Source: a virus | Lineage: Duplodnaviria; Caudoviricetes | DNA: 24,298 bases | Strand: one strand, 5' to 3' | Virus record (IMG/VR): IMGVR_UViG_3300029998_000110 | Coordinates: 1 to 24,298 of that record | In this document: positions 16,886-24,298 of the stretch, one piece after another | How the letters are laid out: every line of letters starts with the position of its first letter | How positions within the stretch are numbered: position 1 is the stretch's first letter | Program-made: the position numbers and the translations under genes | Notes under the pieces: generated by a model | What the model saw: only the letters and a program-made list of their open reading frames with translations | Database searches by the model: none | Told to the model about the DNA's origin: nothing

Positions 16886-17122
16886 ATGAGTAATTCAAAT
16901 GCTGAAAGTTCTTGGAATAAGTTATTGAAAGATTGTAAAATAACACTTATTGATAAAAGTGAAAATATTGAATATACTGGTATTTTTGACCATATTGTTT
17001 TTAATTCTTATCTAAATTGTAACTGGATTGAATGGAATTTTAATGATAATCGTAGAATTTTAACAAGTTATGCATTTAAAGTTAAATGGATTGATATTGA
17101 TGGTATTGAACATGAAAGATAA
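16886..17122 (+). CDS. Hypothetical protein
   Basis: 78-aa ORF with TAATG coupling to the next gene. Confidence 0.65.
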   Translation: MSNSNAESSWNKLLKDCKITLIDKSENIEYTGIFDHIVFNSYLNCNWIEWNFNDNRRILTSYAFKVKWIDIDGIEHER

Positions 17123-18774
17123 TGTTAATAATGACTGATTCAAAAAATGATTTAGGATATAATATAAGTTCAGATTTAGATTTGAATGAAAAAGTAATGA
17201 TTATTAAAGATACTTTTTCTTATGAACAAAAGAAACAATACATTGAAAATATTGGTGATTATTTATCAAATAATTTTTCGAGACTTGATGGTTTTGATTA
17301 TAGATGGAACTCATTAATAACTTCAACTCCACTTTTATTTGAAGATATTGATTATTTAAGATGTCGTCAGTATATTAATAATTCAATAACAGAAAAAGAA
17401 ATTGAAGCATACAAGTCAGGTCAGTTAAGAGAACTTTATGGTACTTTTGAAAATATGCTTGTATGTAATTTACAGTACTATGATAGAATAATGTCATTTT
17501 GTACTATGGTATTTTTACATTATATTCGATTATCTGATGAAAATTTAACTTCACAAAATTTAGAACAAATTCCTTACATATTTGACATGACACCTACTCA
17601 AATCTGGTGTTGTGCTTTATCCAATATAAATTCAACTGAATGGGAATTAAATTATGCATGGCAAATCAATAATGTTAATATTGAATTTTTAAAATGCAAG
17701 AATAATGATAAATCTATTTTTGAATTAAATTGGAAAAAATTATATTGCAATACATTGTTCAGTACATTTTTAGAATATTCTGCATTAAGATGTGGAACTC
17801 AAGGATTTAGAGAAACAATAATAGCAGATAAAACTTCAAATAGAAAATTATCACAAGTCTGTTCTAAATTCACTCGAACTTCAACAGCAATTAATTCAGA
17901 TCAACTTTCATCGCTTGTTGATTACATAACAGAACAAGATTATATAAATCAAAAACTTTATAATGTTTTATTTGACAACCTTAAGAGGATGTTTAATAAC
18001 GATGAAACTCAGTTTGCAATTTATGTTTTTAATTCAGAATTTTTCATACATACATCTAAATTCAGTATGAAAGTTTCACGAAGTGAAAATGGAAAAATAA
18101 CAAAAGATTATTTGGCAAATTCTTATGAATGTTTTGCAGCTGAAGAACATTTATTTGGAAGTATTAAAACACAAATTGAATGGTCAAGATATAAATTACC
18201 AAATGAATTTGAAAATGATAAAAATATATTGTCAACATTATTACTACAAATGTTGAAGGAAAATTATAAACAAATCATTTGTATTAAGAGAATGAATGAA
18301 TATGGTGTATTATCTAAAATTTCATTTTCAGGTGTTTTTAATAATGTTTATATTAATGAAGAATTAATGTTTAATAATAGATGTATAAAATCATCTAAAG
18401 TTTGTTTATCAAAAGAAAATGCTGCGAAGTATATTATTGACAGAGGTTATTATATAGTTGGAACAGAAACAGATGTTTTTGAATTAGTTACAATTACAAA
18501 GTTATCATTAATAAATCATTATTCAAATTATTGTATTCCTGTTATTCAACATATGTCTGAAATAATAACTTTGCATAATTTATCTAAAAATGATATTATT
18601 GATGTTGTTTGTAATGGTATTTTAAATCCAAATAAAATAAATAATCCAAATATCAAATATACAAACATGAAATCTGAAATTAATCCTAAACGGATTATGC
18701 AATCAATGCAAGATAAACAAAAAAATATTTTGGAACAAAATAAGAAAGGTTATTGGAAAGCTATATCTGAATAA
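17122..18774 (+). CDS. Large hypothetical protein
   Basis: 550-aa ORF; no motif recognised. Confidence 0.8.
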   Translation: MLIMTDSKNDLGYNISSDLDLNEKVMIIKDTFSYEQKKQYIENIGDYLSNNFSRLDGFDYRWNSLITSTPLLFEDIDYLRCRQYINNSITEKEIEAYKSGQLRELYGTFENMLVCNLQYYDRIMSFCTMVFLHYIRLSDENLTSQNLEQIPYIFDMTPTQIWCCALSNINSTEWELNYAWQINNVNIEFLKCKNNDKSIFELNWKKLYCNTLFSTFLEYSALRCGTQGFRETIIADKTSNRKLSQVCSKFTRTSTAINSDQLSSLVDYITEQDYINQKLYNVLFDNLKRMFNNDETQFAIYVFNSEFFIHTSKFSMKVSRSENGKITKDYLANSYECFAAEEHLFGSIKTQIEWSRYKLPNEFENDKNILSTLLLQMLKENYKQIICIKRMNEYGVLSKISFSGVFNNVYINEELMFNNRCIKSSKVCLSKENAAKYIIDRGYYIVGTETDVFELVTITKLSLINHYSNYCIPVIQHMSEIITLHNLSKNDIIDVVCNGILNPNKINNPNIKYTNMKSEINPKRIMQSMQDKQKNILEQNKKGYWKAISE

Positions 18775-18805
18775 GTGCTGAATAATAAAAATAAATAAAA
18801 TAATT

Positions 18806-18955
18806 ATGGAAAAATATGTTAAACTTATGAGTTTGCGAGGAACATTTGATTTTACTTTAAATAATCCATTTAGCATTTATGTTGAATTAACAATTACACA
18901 ATGGCATAAGGAAATTGATGCTTTTAATAATATATTATTAAATACTTTGAATTAA
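18806..18955 (+). CDS. Small hypothetical protein, 49 aa (not in ORF track)
   Basis: MEKYVKLMSLRGTFDF...LLNTLN*; TAATG overlap with the 18955 start. Confidence 0.6.
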   Translation: MEKYVKLMSLRGTFDFTLNNPFSIYVELTITQWHKEIDAFNNILLNTLN

Positions 18956-19446
18956 TGGAAAAGAAAATTTATAATTTCGTAACAAATTTTGAAAATAAAA
19001 TAAGAAATTATTATGTTTTAGGTAATTCATTATGTAATTGTTTAATAACTTTCGATGATTTATTTATTGATGGTTTTAAAGCAAAATGGTTAATAGATGT
19101 TATTGAAATTCCTAAAGATAAATGGAATATTATTCAGGTTCAAAATAAAAAAGATTTTCACAAAACATTTCAAGTACTTGCATTTAAATATAAAAGATCA
19201 AGATTAGTTTGTATGGAAATTAGTTTTCTTGAATATTATCATTATGGTAGTTGGTATAAATGGAAACATAATGACGGATGTTTAACAGAAACTTGTCCAA
19301 TATTAAATAAGAATACAAAGATTGGTAGTCAAAATTGTGTTGAATGTGAAAATCAAATTGATTATGATTATTATAATGAACATATTACTTGTCACAAATT
19401 AAATCATTATTTAAAAACAGAAGAACTTAAAGAGTATCAAAAATAA
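18955..19446 (+). CDS. Hypothetical protein with a C-terminal Cys-rich (probably metal-binding) motif
   Basis: CP......KIGS..CVEC...........C. Confidence 0.7.
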   Translation: MEKKIYNFVTNFENKIRNYYVLGNSLCNCLITFDDLFIDGFKAKWLIDVIEIPKDKWNIIQVQNKKDFHKTFQVLAFKYKRSRLVCMEISFLEYYHYGSWYKWKHNDGCLTETCPILNKNTKIGSQNCVECENQIDYDYYNEHITCHKLNHYLKTEELKEYQK

Positions 19447-19451
19447 ATTAA

Positions 19452-19760
19452 ATGGAAAATTTACCTATAATAAATGAAATTAGAATAAGTTCAATCGAAC
19501 TTTTAAATGGAGTTTATATTTGTTCTGGAAATGGACATATAGAAACTATTATTCCTGAAAAGTTTCCATTAGAAATTAAAGAGTTGATGAAAAAATTTAA
19601 TCTTACTTGGATTTGTTTTAAATATGATTATATAATTCAATTTCAAACAACTAAATTTACTTTATCTGAAGTTGATATTACTAATTTAAAAGATGAACCT
19701 TCATCTGATATTGCTCGAAATATTATTGAAGTATTGTTAGGTAAAACTTTCAATCAATAA
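19452..19760 (+). CDS. Hypothetical protein
   Basis: 102-aa ORF. Confidence 0.7.
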   Translation: MENLPIINEIRISSIELLNGVYICSGNGHIETIIPEKFPLEIKELMKKFNLTWICFKYDYIIQFQTTKFTLSEVDITNLKDEPSSDIARNIIEVLLGKTFNQ

Positions 19761-19782
19761 TTATGATAAAATATGGATATAT
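19752..19782 (+). promoter_or_regulatory. Putative phage promoter AATCAATA-N15-GGATATAT
   Basis: Exact consensus; a downstream partial complement TATCTATAT lies at about 19798-19806. Confidence 0.55.
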
Positions 19783-19818
19783 TAATAAAGTGTAAGTTAT
19801 CTATATAAAATAATTAAA

Positions 19819-20247
19819 ATGGAAAATTTTTGTCAACGTATACGTGAAAGAGCTGAAATAATTGGAATTAATTTATCAATTAGTCAACAACAAACATATA
19901 ATAAATATGTTAATCTTCGTATTGAAGATGGAGTACATGTTAATGATGCTTTAGATTCAGTTTATTTATTGATGAAAAATGACTTTATATGTAATAAAAA
20001 TTCACAATTAAATAATATTGTTGAAAAACAAGATATTGTTGAAAAATCAAATATTAATTACTTTATTGAAAAGTTTGATAATAAGTTGGAATTATTACGC
20101 AAATATCATGATAATTTAAAAGCTCATTATAATCAAGAATTATCTGATGATCAAAATATATTGTTCAGAGCAAAAGAAGCAATTTATATTGATATATTGA
20201 GTGGATTGAAAATTATTAAAAGCAATATTGAAAATTATTTAAAATAA
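19819..20247 (+). CDS. Hypothetical protein
   Basis: 142-aa ORF. Confidence 0.7.
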   Translation: MENFCQRIRERAEIIGINLSISQQQTYNKYVNLRIEDGVHVNDALDSVYLLMKNDFICNKNSQLNNIVEKQDIVEKSNINYFIEKFDNKLELLRKYHDNLKAHYNQELSDDQNILFRAKEAIYIDILSGLKIIKSNIENYLK

Positions 20248-20256
20248 TATAACATT

Positions 20257-20772
20257 ATGAGTCAACAAACACAATTTAAAGAAAATTTAACTTTTAGTAC
20301 TGAATTACTTGAAGAAATTAATGTTTCAATTATTAAGAATTTACCAGAACAAGTTGGAAATGTTTTAAAAGAACTTTTAATAAAAGGTGAAGAAGATGCT
20401 GAAGAATTAAAAAGAGTTTGTGAAAATTATAACAAACTTAATGATAAATATTTGGCACAAGCAAAACAATTAAATGAATACATTGTTGAAGTTAAAAACA
20501 TAAATGCTTTGACTGAAAAATTAGTTAATCTTGAAAAAAATATTATTGAACGTGAATTAAAATTGGATAAAACAATTCTTGAAATTAAATTGGAAGAGTC
20601 TGAAAAAAGAGCAGTTGAAGCTGTGAGTATTGTTGGAATGGTTTTCAAAAGTCCTGTTTATAAGAAGAACATTTCTGAAACAGTTTTCAATACACAACAA
20701 TATGATAATAATGGAAAACAACATACGGTTAATAATGGTGGTTTTATAAGTGAAACTTCTGTAGAAGAATAA
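20257..20772 (+). CDS. Coiled-coil hypothetical protein
   Basis: 171 aa with a heptad-like E/K/L-rich centre. Confidence 0.75.
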   Translation: MSQQTQFKENLTFSTELLEEINVSIIKNLPEQVGNVLKELLIKGEEDAEELKRVCENYNKLNDKYLAQAKQLNEYIVEVKNINALTEKLVNLEKNIIERELKLDKTILEIKLEESEKRAVEAVSIVGMVFKSPVYKKNISETVFNTQQYDNNGKQHTVNNGGFISETSVEE

Positions 20773-20801
20773 AAATTCAAACTTAGTTTGAAGCAAGTTA
20801 C

Positions 20802-20918
20802 GGGGATAACATATGGTTTGTCGACAAAACCTGATGAGGAAAATTTAAAATCGTGAAACGAATTTTAAATTTTCCAGTTCCGAGTGGAACTTTGGAAGTC
20901 CGTTACTTCCTATCCCCA
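20802..20918 (+). ncRNA. Structured tRNA-like RNA with a non-canonical cloverleaf
   Basis: 7-bp acceptor GGGGATA/TATCCCC plus discriminator A; T-arm GGAAG-TCCGTTA-CTTCC; 6-bp arm AGTTCC-GAGT-GGAACT; 13+3-bp arm at 20838-20875. A GC-richer island in an intergenic gap. Confidence 0.7.
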
Positions 20919-20938
20919 CAAAATAAAATAAAAATAAA

Positions 20939-21136
20939 ATGGAAAAAATTGAATTGTTTATAAAAGTTTATGAAGATGAACTATCTGATTTGGGAAGAAT
21001 AAAAAATAAAACCAAGAAAAACGAAAAAGAAATTGAATTGATTGAACAGTTCATATCTGAATTAAAAGAAATTGGAGAAGAACATGATAAAATTCTTTTA
21101 ACAACAATTAGTACAACTAAATTATTTACTGAATAA
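20939..21136 (+). CDS. Hypothetical protein
   Basis: 65-aa ORF with TAATG coupling to the next gene. Confidence 0.65.
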   Translation: MEKIELFIKVYEDELSDLGRIKNKTKKNEKEIELIEQFISELKEIGEEHDKILLTTISTTKLFTE

Positions 21137-21402
21137 TGGAAAATGAAAAAAGTAGAATTATAGTTGATGTTGAAAATTTTGAACTATGCCCTATTGAAAA
21201 ACATCGTGAAAATTTAATACGTTTAAATATTAATTCATATGTGGAATTAGAACGATTGTATGTACAAGCAATACAGACTAAAGAAAGAATGTTTGTATAT
21301 TGTTGGAATCCAGCATTATCAAAATATCTTGTTAAAGATTTAGATGGATGTCAACATATGTGTAATCCTTTTACTATTGAAAGAGAAAAAAACTTAAGAT
21401 AA
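21136..21402 (+). CDS. Hypothetical protein
   Basis: 88-aa ORF. Confidence 0.65.
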   Translation: MENEKSRIIVDVENFELCPIEKHRENLIRLNINSYVELERLYVQAIQTKERMFVYCWNPALSKYLVKDLDGCQHMCNPFTIEREKNLR

Positions 21403-21442
21403 TTTATTAAATAACTTGAAACTAATTTAAAATCAACTCAAA

Positions 21443-21829
21443 ATGAACAAAATTTTTTTTATTTTAATCTTGTTTTCTATTGGTCATTTTCTTGCTGACT
21501 GTGTATTTATCACAAAAGAAATGATTGAATCTAAAAAATTTGCTGTTAAAATTTTTCCACTTTTTCAACATGCCATTATTCATGGTTTTTTCATAACATT
21601 AATTTTAATTTGTTTTAAACTTGATGTTCAAACAAGAACAATAACTTTTTGTTTTATTACTTTTACACATTTCATGATTGATTTATGTTTTGGTTATATT
21701 AATAGAACAGAAAATTATGATATTGTTAAACAAGATAAAATCTTATTTCGAGCAAGAACTGAAATGAAACAAACATTTCATTATATTTGTGCTATTTTAA
21801 TTGCAAGCTATGTTTATAATCAAATGTAA
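21443..21829 (+). CDS. DUF3307-family membrane protein
   Basis: Hydrophobic helices with GHFLAD, HAIIH, THFMID and QTFH motifs. Confidence 0.75.
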   Translation: MNKIFFILILFSIGHFLADCVFITKEMIESKKFAVKIFPLFQHAIIHGFFITLILICFKLDVQTRTITFCFITFTHFMIDLCFGYINRTENYDIVKQDKILFRARTEMKQTFHYICAILIASYVYNQM

Positions 21830-21851
21830 AAATAATTAAAAATAAAATAAT

Positions 21852-22010
21852 ATGTTACATTGTAAAGTATTTAATTGCTTACCTATTGATCTTGAAGAAG
21901 AAGTAAATGAGTTTTTGGATAATATTGAAATACATATATTACATCAATCACAAACTGTTAATGTTGGTGATAATATAGTTTGTTTAACTTTAACTTATTT
22001 TGAAGAATAA
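21852..22010 (+). CDS. Small protein, Cse60-like, 52 aa (not in ORF track)
   Basis: MLHCKVFNCLPIDLEEEVNEFL...VCLTLTYFEE* matches the KVF.....DLE..VN.FL pattern. Confidence 0.55.
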   Translation: MLHCKVFNCLPIDLEEEVNEFLDNIEIHILHQSQTVNVGDNIVCLTLTYFEE

Positions 22011-22013
22011 TAT

Positions 22014-22376
22014 ATGACAAAATTATATATTAGAATAGGAGAAATTCCTGAACAAGAATTGAATCATAAATTTTCTGATGATTTAAAAGCTTATTCAGGA
22101 ATTTCTGTTTTTGAGTGTTATCGTGAATTGAATGAAAAAAATCAATTCGAGTATAAAATAGTTCTACCTTCAATTGAATCAGATATAAATGTTTTTTATA
22201 ATTTACAATTAAATATTGAACTTATTGAAAAAGGTTTAAGTAAAGTTTATTGTGTTAAAGGTTTGGAAGTTAATAAAGGATTATTTAATGAACCTATATT
22301 GAAAAATGTTAGTATTGAGTTTGAATTGATATTAAATTCAAATACAAAACAGTTCAAGAAACTTCTAATAAATTAA
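22014..22376 (+). CDS. Phage hypothetical protein
   Basis: YIRIGEIP...GISVF...YCVKG..V..G...EPIL pattern recalled from phage proteins. Confidence 0.7.
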   Translation: MTKLYIRIGEIPEQELNHKFSDDLKAYSGISVFECYRELNEKNQFEYKIVLPSIESDINVFYNLQLNIELIEKGLSKVYCVKGLEVNKGLFNEPILKNVSIEFELILNSNTKQFKKLLIN

Positions 22377-22393
22377 GAAAAATAAGGATATAT
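22363..22393 (+). promoter_or_regulatory. Putative phage promoter (weak upstream box TTCTAATA, N15, GGATATAT)
   Basis: GGATATAT at 22386-22393 is intergenic and followed by a palindrome at 22409-22422. Confidence 0.45.
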
Positions 22394-22468
22394 ACATTAT
22401 GATACAAGTTGAAATATTTCAAGAATATCAAATCAAACTTTATTAATTTTTAAAAAATCTTTGCGAGT

Positions 22469-23002
22469 ATGGAAAAGAAATTCGAAACTAAAGTGATTTC
22501 TGCTTTTGCTGGTCTTGGTAAAACAACATTTGCTGAAAAAAATTCAAATCGTTGTATTGATTTAGAGTCAAGTTTATGGAGTAAAATTCCTATTATGAAA
22601 TTTTCAGAATTTGAAGAACAGGAGTTTGAAAATAATCCTGACTTTCCTCGAAATTATGTTGAACATATAAAATTACTTATTGAAGAACAAAAATATGAAT
22701 TTATTCTAATTAGTTCCAGTATTTATGTTCAAGAAGAATTAAGAAAAAATAATATTTTTTATTATTTGATATATCCAACTATTGATAAGAAGGAAGAATA
22801 TATTGAAAGATTTAAAAAACGTGGAAGTAATCAAAAATTCATTACTTGTATAACATCTAATTGGGATGAAAGAATAAAACATCATAAAGAAACAAAAAAT
22901 GGTTGTATCAATATTGAAACTGAATCAAACTTTTTAGAAGATGTTTTATATTGGTTTATTCCTTGGATTAATAATGATAAACAAGAATTTATTTTAAATT
23001 GA
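22469..23002 (+). CDS. P-loop NTPase / nucleotide-kinase-like protein, paralog 1
   Basis: VISAFAGLGKT, IDLESS, NPDFPRNY and ERFKKRG lid motif. Confidence 0.8.
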   Translation: MEKKFETKVISAFAGLGKTTFAEKNSNRCIDLESSLWSKIPIMKFSEFEEQEFENNPDFPRNYVEHIKLLIEEQKYEFILISSSIYVQEELRKNNIFYYLIYPTIDKKEEYIERFKKRGSNQKFITCITSNWDERIKHHKETKNGCINIETESNFLEDVLYWFIPWINNDKQEFILN

Positions 23003-23009
23003 AAACAGT

Positions 23010-23387
23010 ATGTTGAAATTATTATTAGTACTTCAAGGATGGGGATTTATAAAAGTTGAAAATATAGATCCTGATTATATTGCTTATCAATATAAACTTA
23101 AAAATATTGTTAATGTAAATTATGTTATTATATTTCAAGTTCGTTTTCGTAGTTCAATTATTTTTGATTTTGATTTGGAATTAAATCGAATAGGAGATGA
23201 TAAAACAATTTATCATGTGTTTAGAATAAATGAACAAATTAATTCAATTAATTTTAAGTTAGTTAATATAACAACTGATATTTTTACTAAAATGTTGTTT
23301 GAAAAATTGTATGTTGAAATGATGAAACAAAATCCAATTTATTTTAAAGGTTTTCCTATGTCTGTTCGGAATTTGTTTGAAATTTAA
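23010..23387 (+). CDS. Hypothetical protein
   Basis: 125-aa ORF. Confidence 0.65.
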   Translation: MLKLLLVLQGWGFIKVENIDPDYIAYQYKLKNIVNVNYVIIFQVRFRSSIIFDFDLELNRIGDDKTIYHVFRINEQINSINFKLVNITTDIFTKMLFEKLYVEMMKQNPIYFKGFPMSVRNLFEI

Positions 23388-23412
23388 AAATTAAAATTAT
23401 TTAAAGAAGAAT

Positions 23413-23949
23413 ATGAGAAAAATAAGAAAAATAAGAAAAATTAAATTTTTTGTATTTATTCATGAATCAACAAGAAAATTATTTGAATTATATCCTAAAG
23501 AATTTCAATTAGTTGGAGTTGATAAAAGTCTTTTACAATTAGTTGATTATGACAGTTTTAAAATTGATAAAAACTGTCATATTGATTTGTTCAATAAAGA
23601 TGGAAAAGAAACTGCACATATTGTTGATTTTTGTGACTTGATTTTTATAACTCAAAGAAATGAAGATAATTTAATTTTGAGAACAATTAGAGTTCAACAT
23701 AATTGTTGTTTTGAAATTCATGAATTTTATGAAAATAATAAAATAAAATCAAGAAAACATTGTAGTAATGGTTATATTGATACGTTTGTTAAATTTGATA
23801 AAAAAGGAGAAAATACTGATTATTTTGATTGGTCAAATGATTTTGAATCAATTACATTAAAAAATGGTAAACAAATTTCAAGAGCAATTAAAAATAAAAA
23901 ATCATATGCTTTCAAAGATTTGATTGAAGAATTTAAAATTGAAAAATAA
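23413..23949 (+). CDS. Hypothetical protein with degenerate MORN/YwqK-like repeats
   Basis: EFYENNKIKS, FDKKG and LKNGK turns; the N-terminal RKI x3 arises from a 9-bp repeat at 23416-23442. Confidence 0.6.
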   Translation: MRKIRKIRKIKFFVFIHESTRKLFELYPKEFQLVGVDKSLLQLVDYDSFKIDKNCHIDLFNKDGKETAHIVDFCDLIFITQRNEDNLILRTIRVQHNCCFEIHEFYENNKIKSRKHCSNGYIDTFVKFDKKGENTDYFDWSNDFESITLKNGKQISRAIKNKKSYAFKDLIEEFKIEK

Positions 23950-23950
23950 T

Positions 23951-24298
23951 ATGAAAACAAGAATAATTAGTGCTTTTCCTGGAATGGGAAAATCTTTTGT
24001 TTGGAGTATGAATATGGAAACATGTTTAGATTCAGATTCTTCAAACTTTTCATGGTTAAAAAAACCTGATGGAACAAATTCAACTGTTAGAAATCCTGAA
24101 TTTCCTCAAAACTATATTGAACATATTAAACAAAATATTGGAAAGTATGAATTTATTTTTGTTTCTTCACATCAAGTTGTCAGAGAAGCTTTGATACAAG
24201 AATGTTTATTCTTTTATTTGGTTTATCCTGTTAAATGGATGAAAGATGTATTTATTGAACGTTATGAGAAAAGAAAAAGTCCTATACAATTTATTGAT
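23951..24298 (+). CDS. P-loop NTPase / nucleotide-kinase-like protein, paralog 2 (3'-truncated; not in ORF track)
   Basis: Manual translation: MKTRIISAFPGMGKS...CLDSDSSNFSW...NPEFPQNYIEHIK...KYEFIFVSSH...YLVYP; open to the window end. Confidence 0.85.
   Translation, partial: MKTRIISAFPGMGKSFVWSMNMETCLDSDSSNFSWLKKPDGTNSTVRNPEFPQNYIEHIKQNIGKYEFIFVSSHQVVREALIQECLFFYLVYPVKWMKDVFIERYEKRKSPIQFID

Noticed and set aside
2889-20796. Minus-strand ORFs and nested + strand ORFs (9763..9966, 11603..11839) from the ORF track
   Set aside because: They overlap longer, motif-bearing or well-packed + strand genes and look like shadow ORFs.
20815-20864. Hammerhead ribozyme (GTC ... CTGATGA ... GAAAC)
   Set aside because: The core words are present and a weak stem III can be drawn, but stem I would be 1 bp and stem II does not pair. 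The same bases form a much stronger 13-bp hairpin in the cloverleaf. A co-transcriptional cleavage assay would settle it.
20802-20920. Canonical tRNA or full tmRNA
   Set aside because: No U8, a non-canonical T-loop, an over-long anticodon arm, no G3.U70, and no room for a tag reading frame or pseudoknots.
1-24298. Stop-codon reassignment (TAG to Gln, as in Lak or some crAss-like phages)
   Set aside because: None of the called genes ends in TAG, but long genes are intact under code 11 and coding density is already near complete, so nothing here requires recoding. TGA acts as a stop at 15717, 15889 and 23002.

Overview
A very AT-rich, densely packed window in which every credible gene lies on the + strand. 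It looks like part of a large (possibly jumbo) dsDNA phage genome with a probable Bacteroidota host. The host inference rests on A-rich leaders without Shine-Dalgarno sequences, a Bacteroidota-type ECF sigma factor, a BT4734/VirE-N-type primase domain and a Bacteroidota RpoB-like peptide. Recognisable genes are an ART-PolyVal-like ADP-ribosyltransferase-fold protein, an Rmf/CrpP-like protein, a T4 gp52/GyrA-like topoisomerase II subunit, a 1394-aa AEP primase-SF2 helicase fusion, an HExxH zincin overlapping an ECF sigma factor with a ~350-aa C-terminal extension, two C2H2 zinc-finger proteins, a DUF4406/NDT-like protein, a DUF3307 membrane protein and two paralogous P-loop proteins; most other genes are hypothetical. 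The strongest signals not explained by these calls are: (1) a bipartite motif, AATCAATA-N15-GGATATAT, found six times upstream of genes, often inside a hairpin, which may be the promoter read by the phage sigma factor; (2) a ~117-nt structured tRNA/tmRNA-like RNA at 20802-20918; (3) a small protein carrying a near-copy of a host RpoB segment; (4) a +1 frameshift in an A8 run at the start of a tandem paralog. All family assignments come from recognising motifs by eye, not from database searches.
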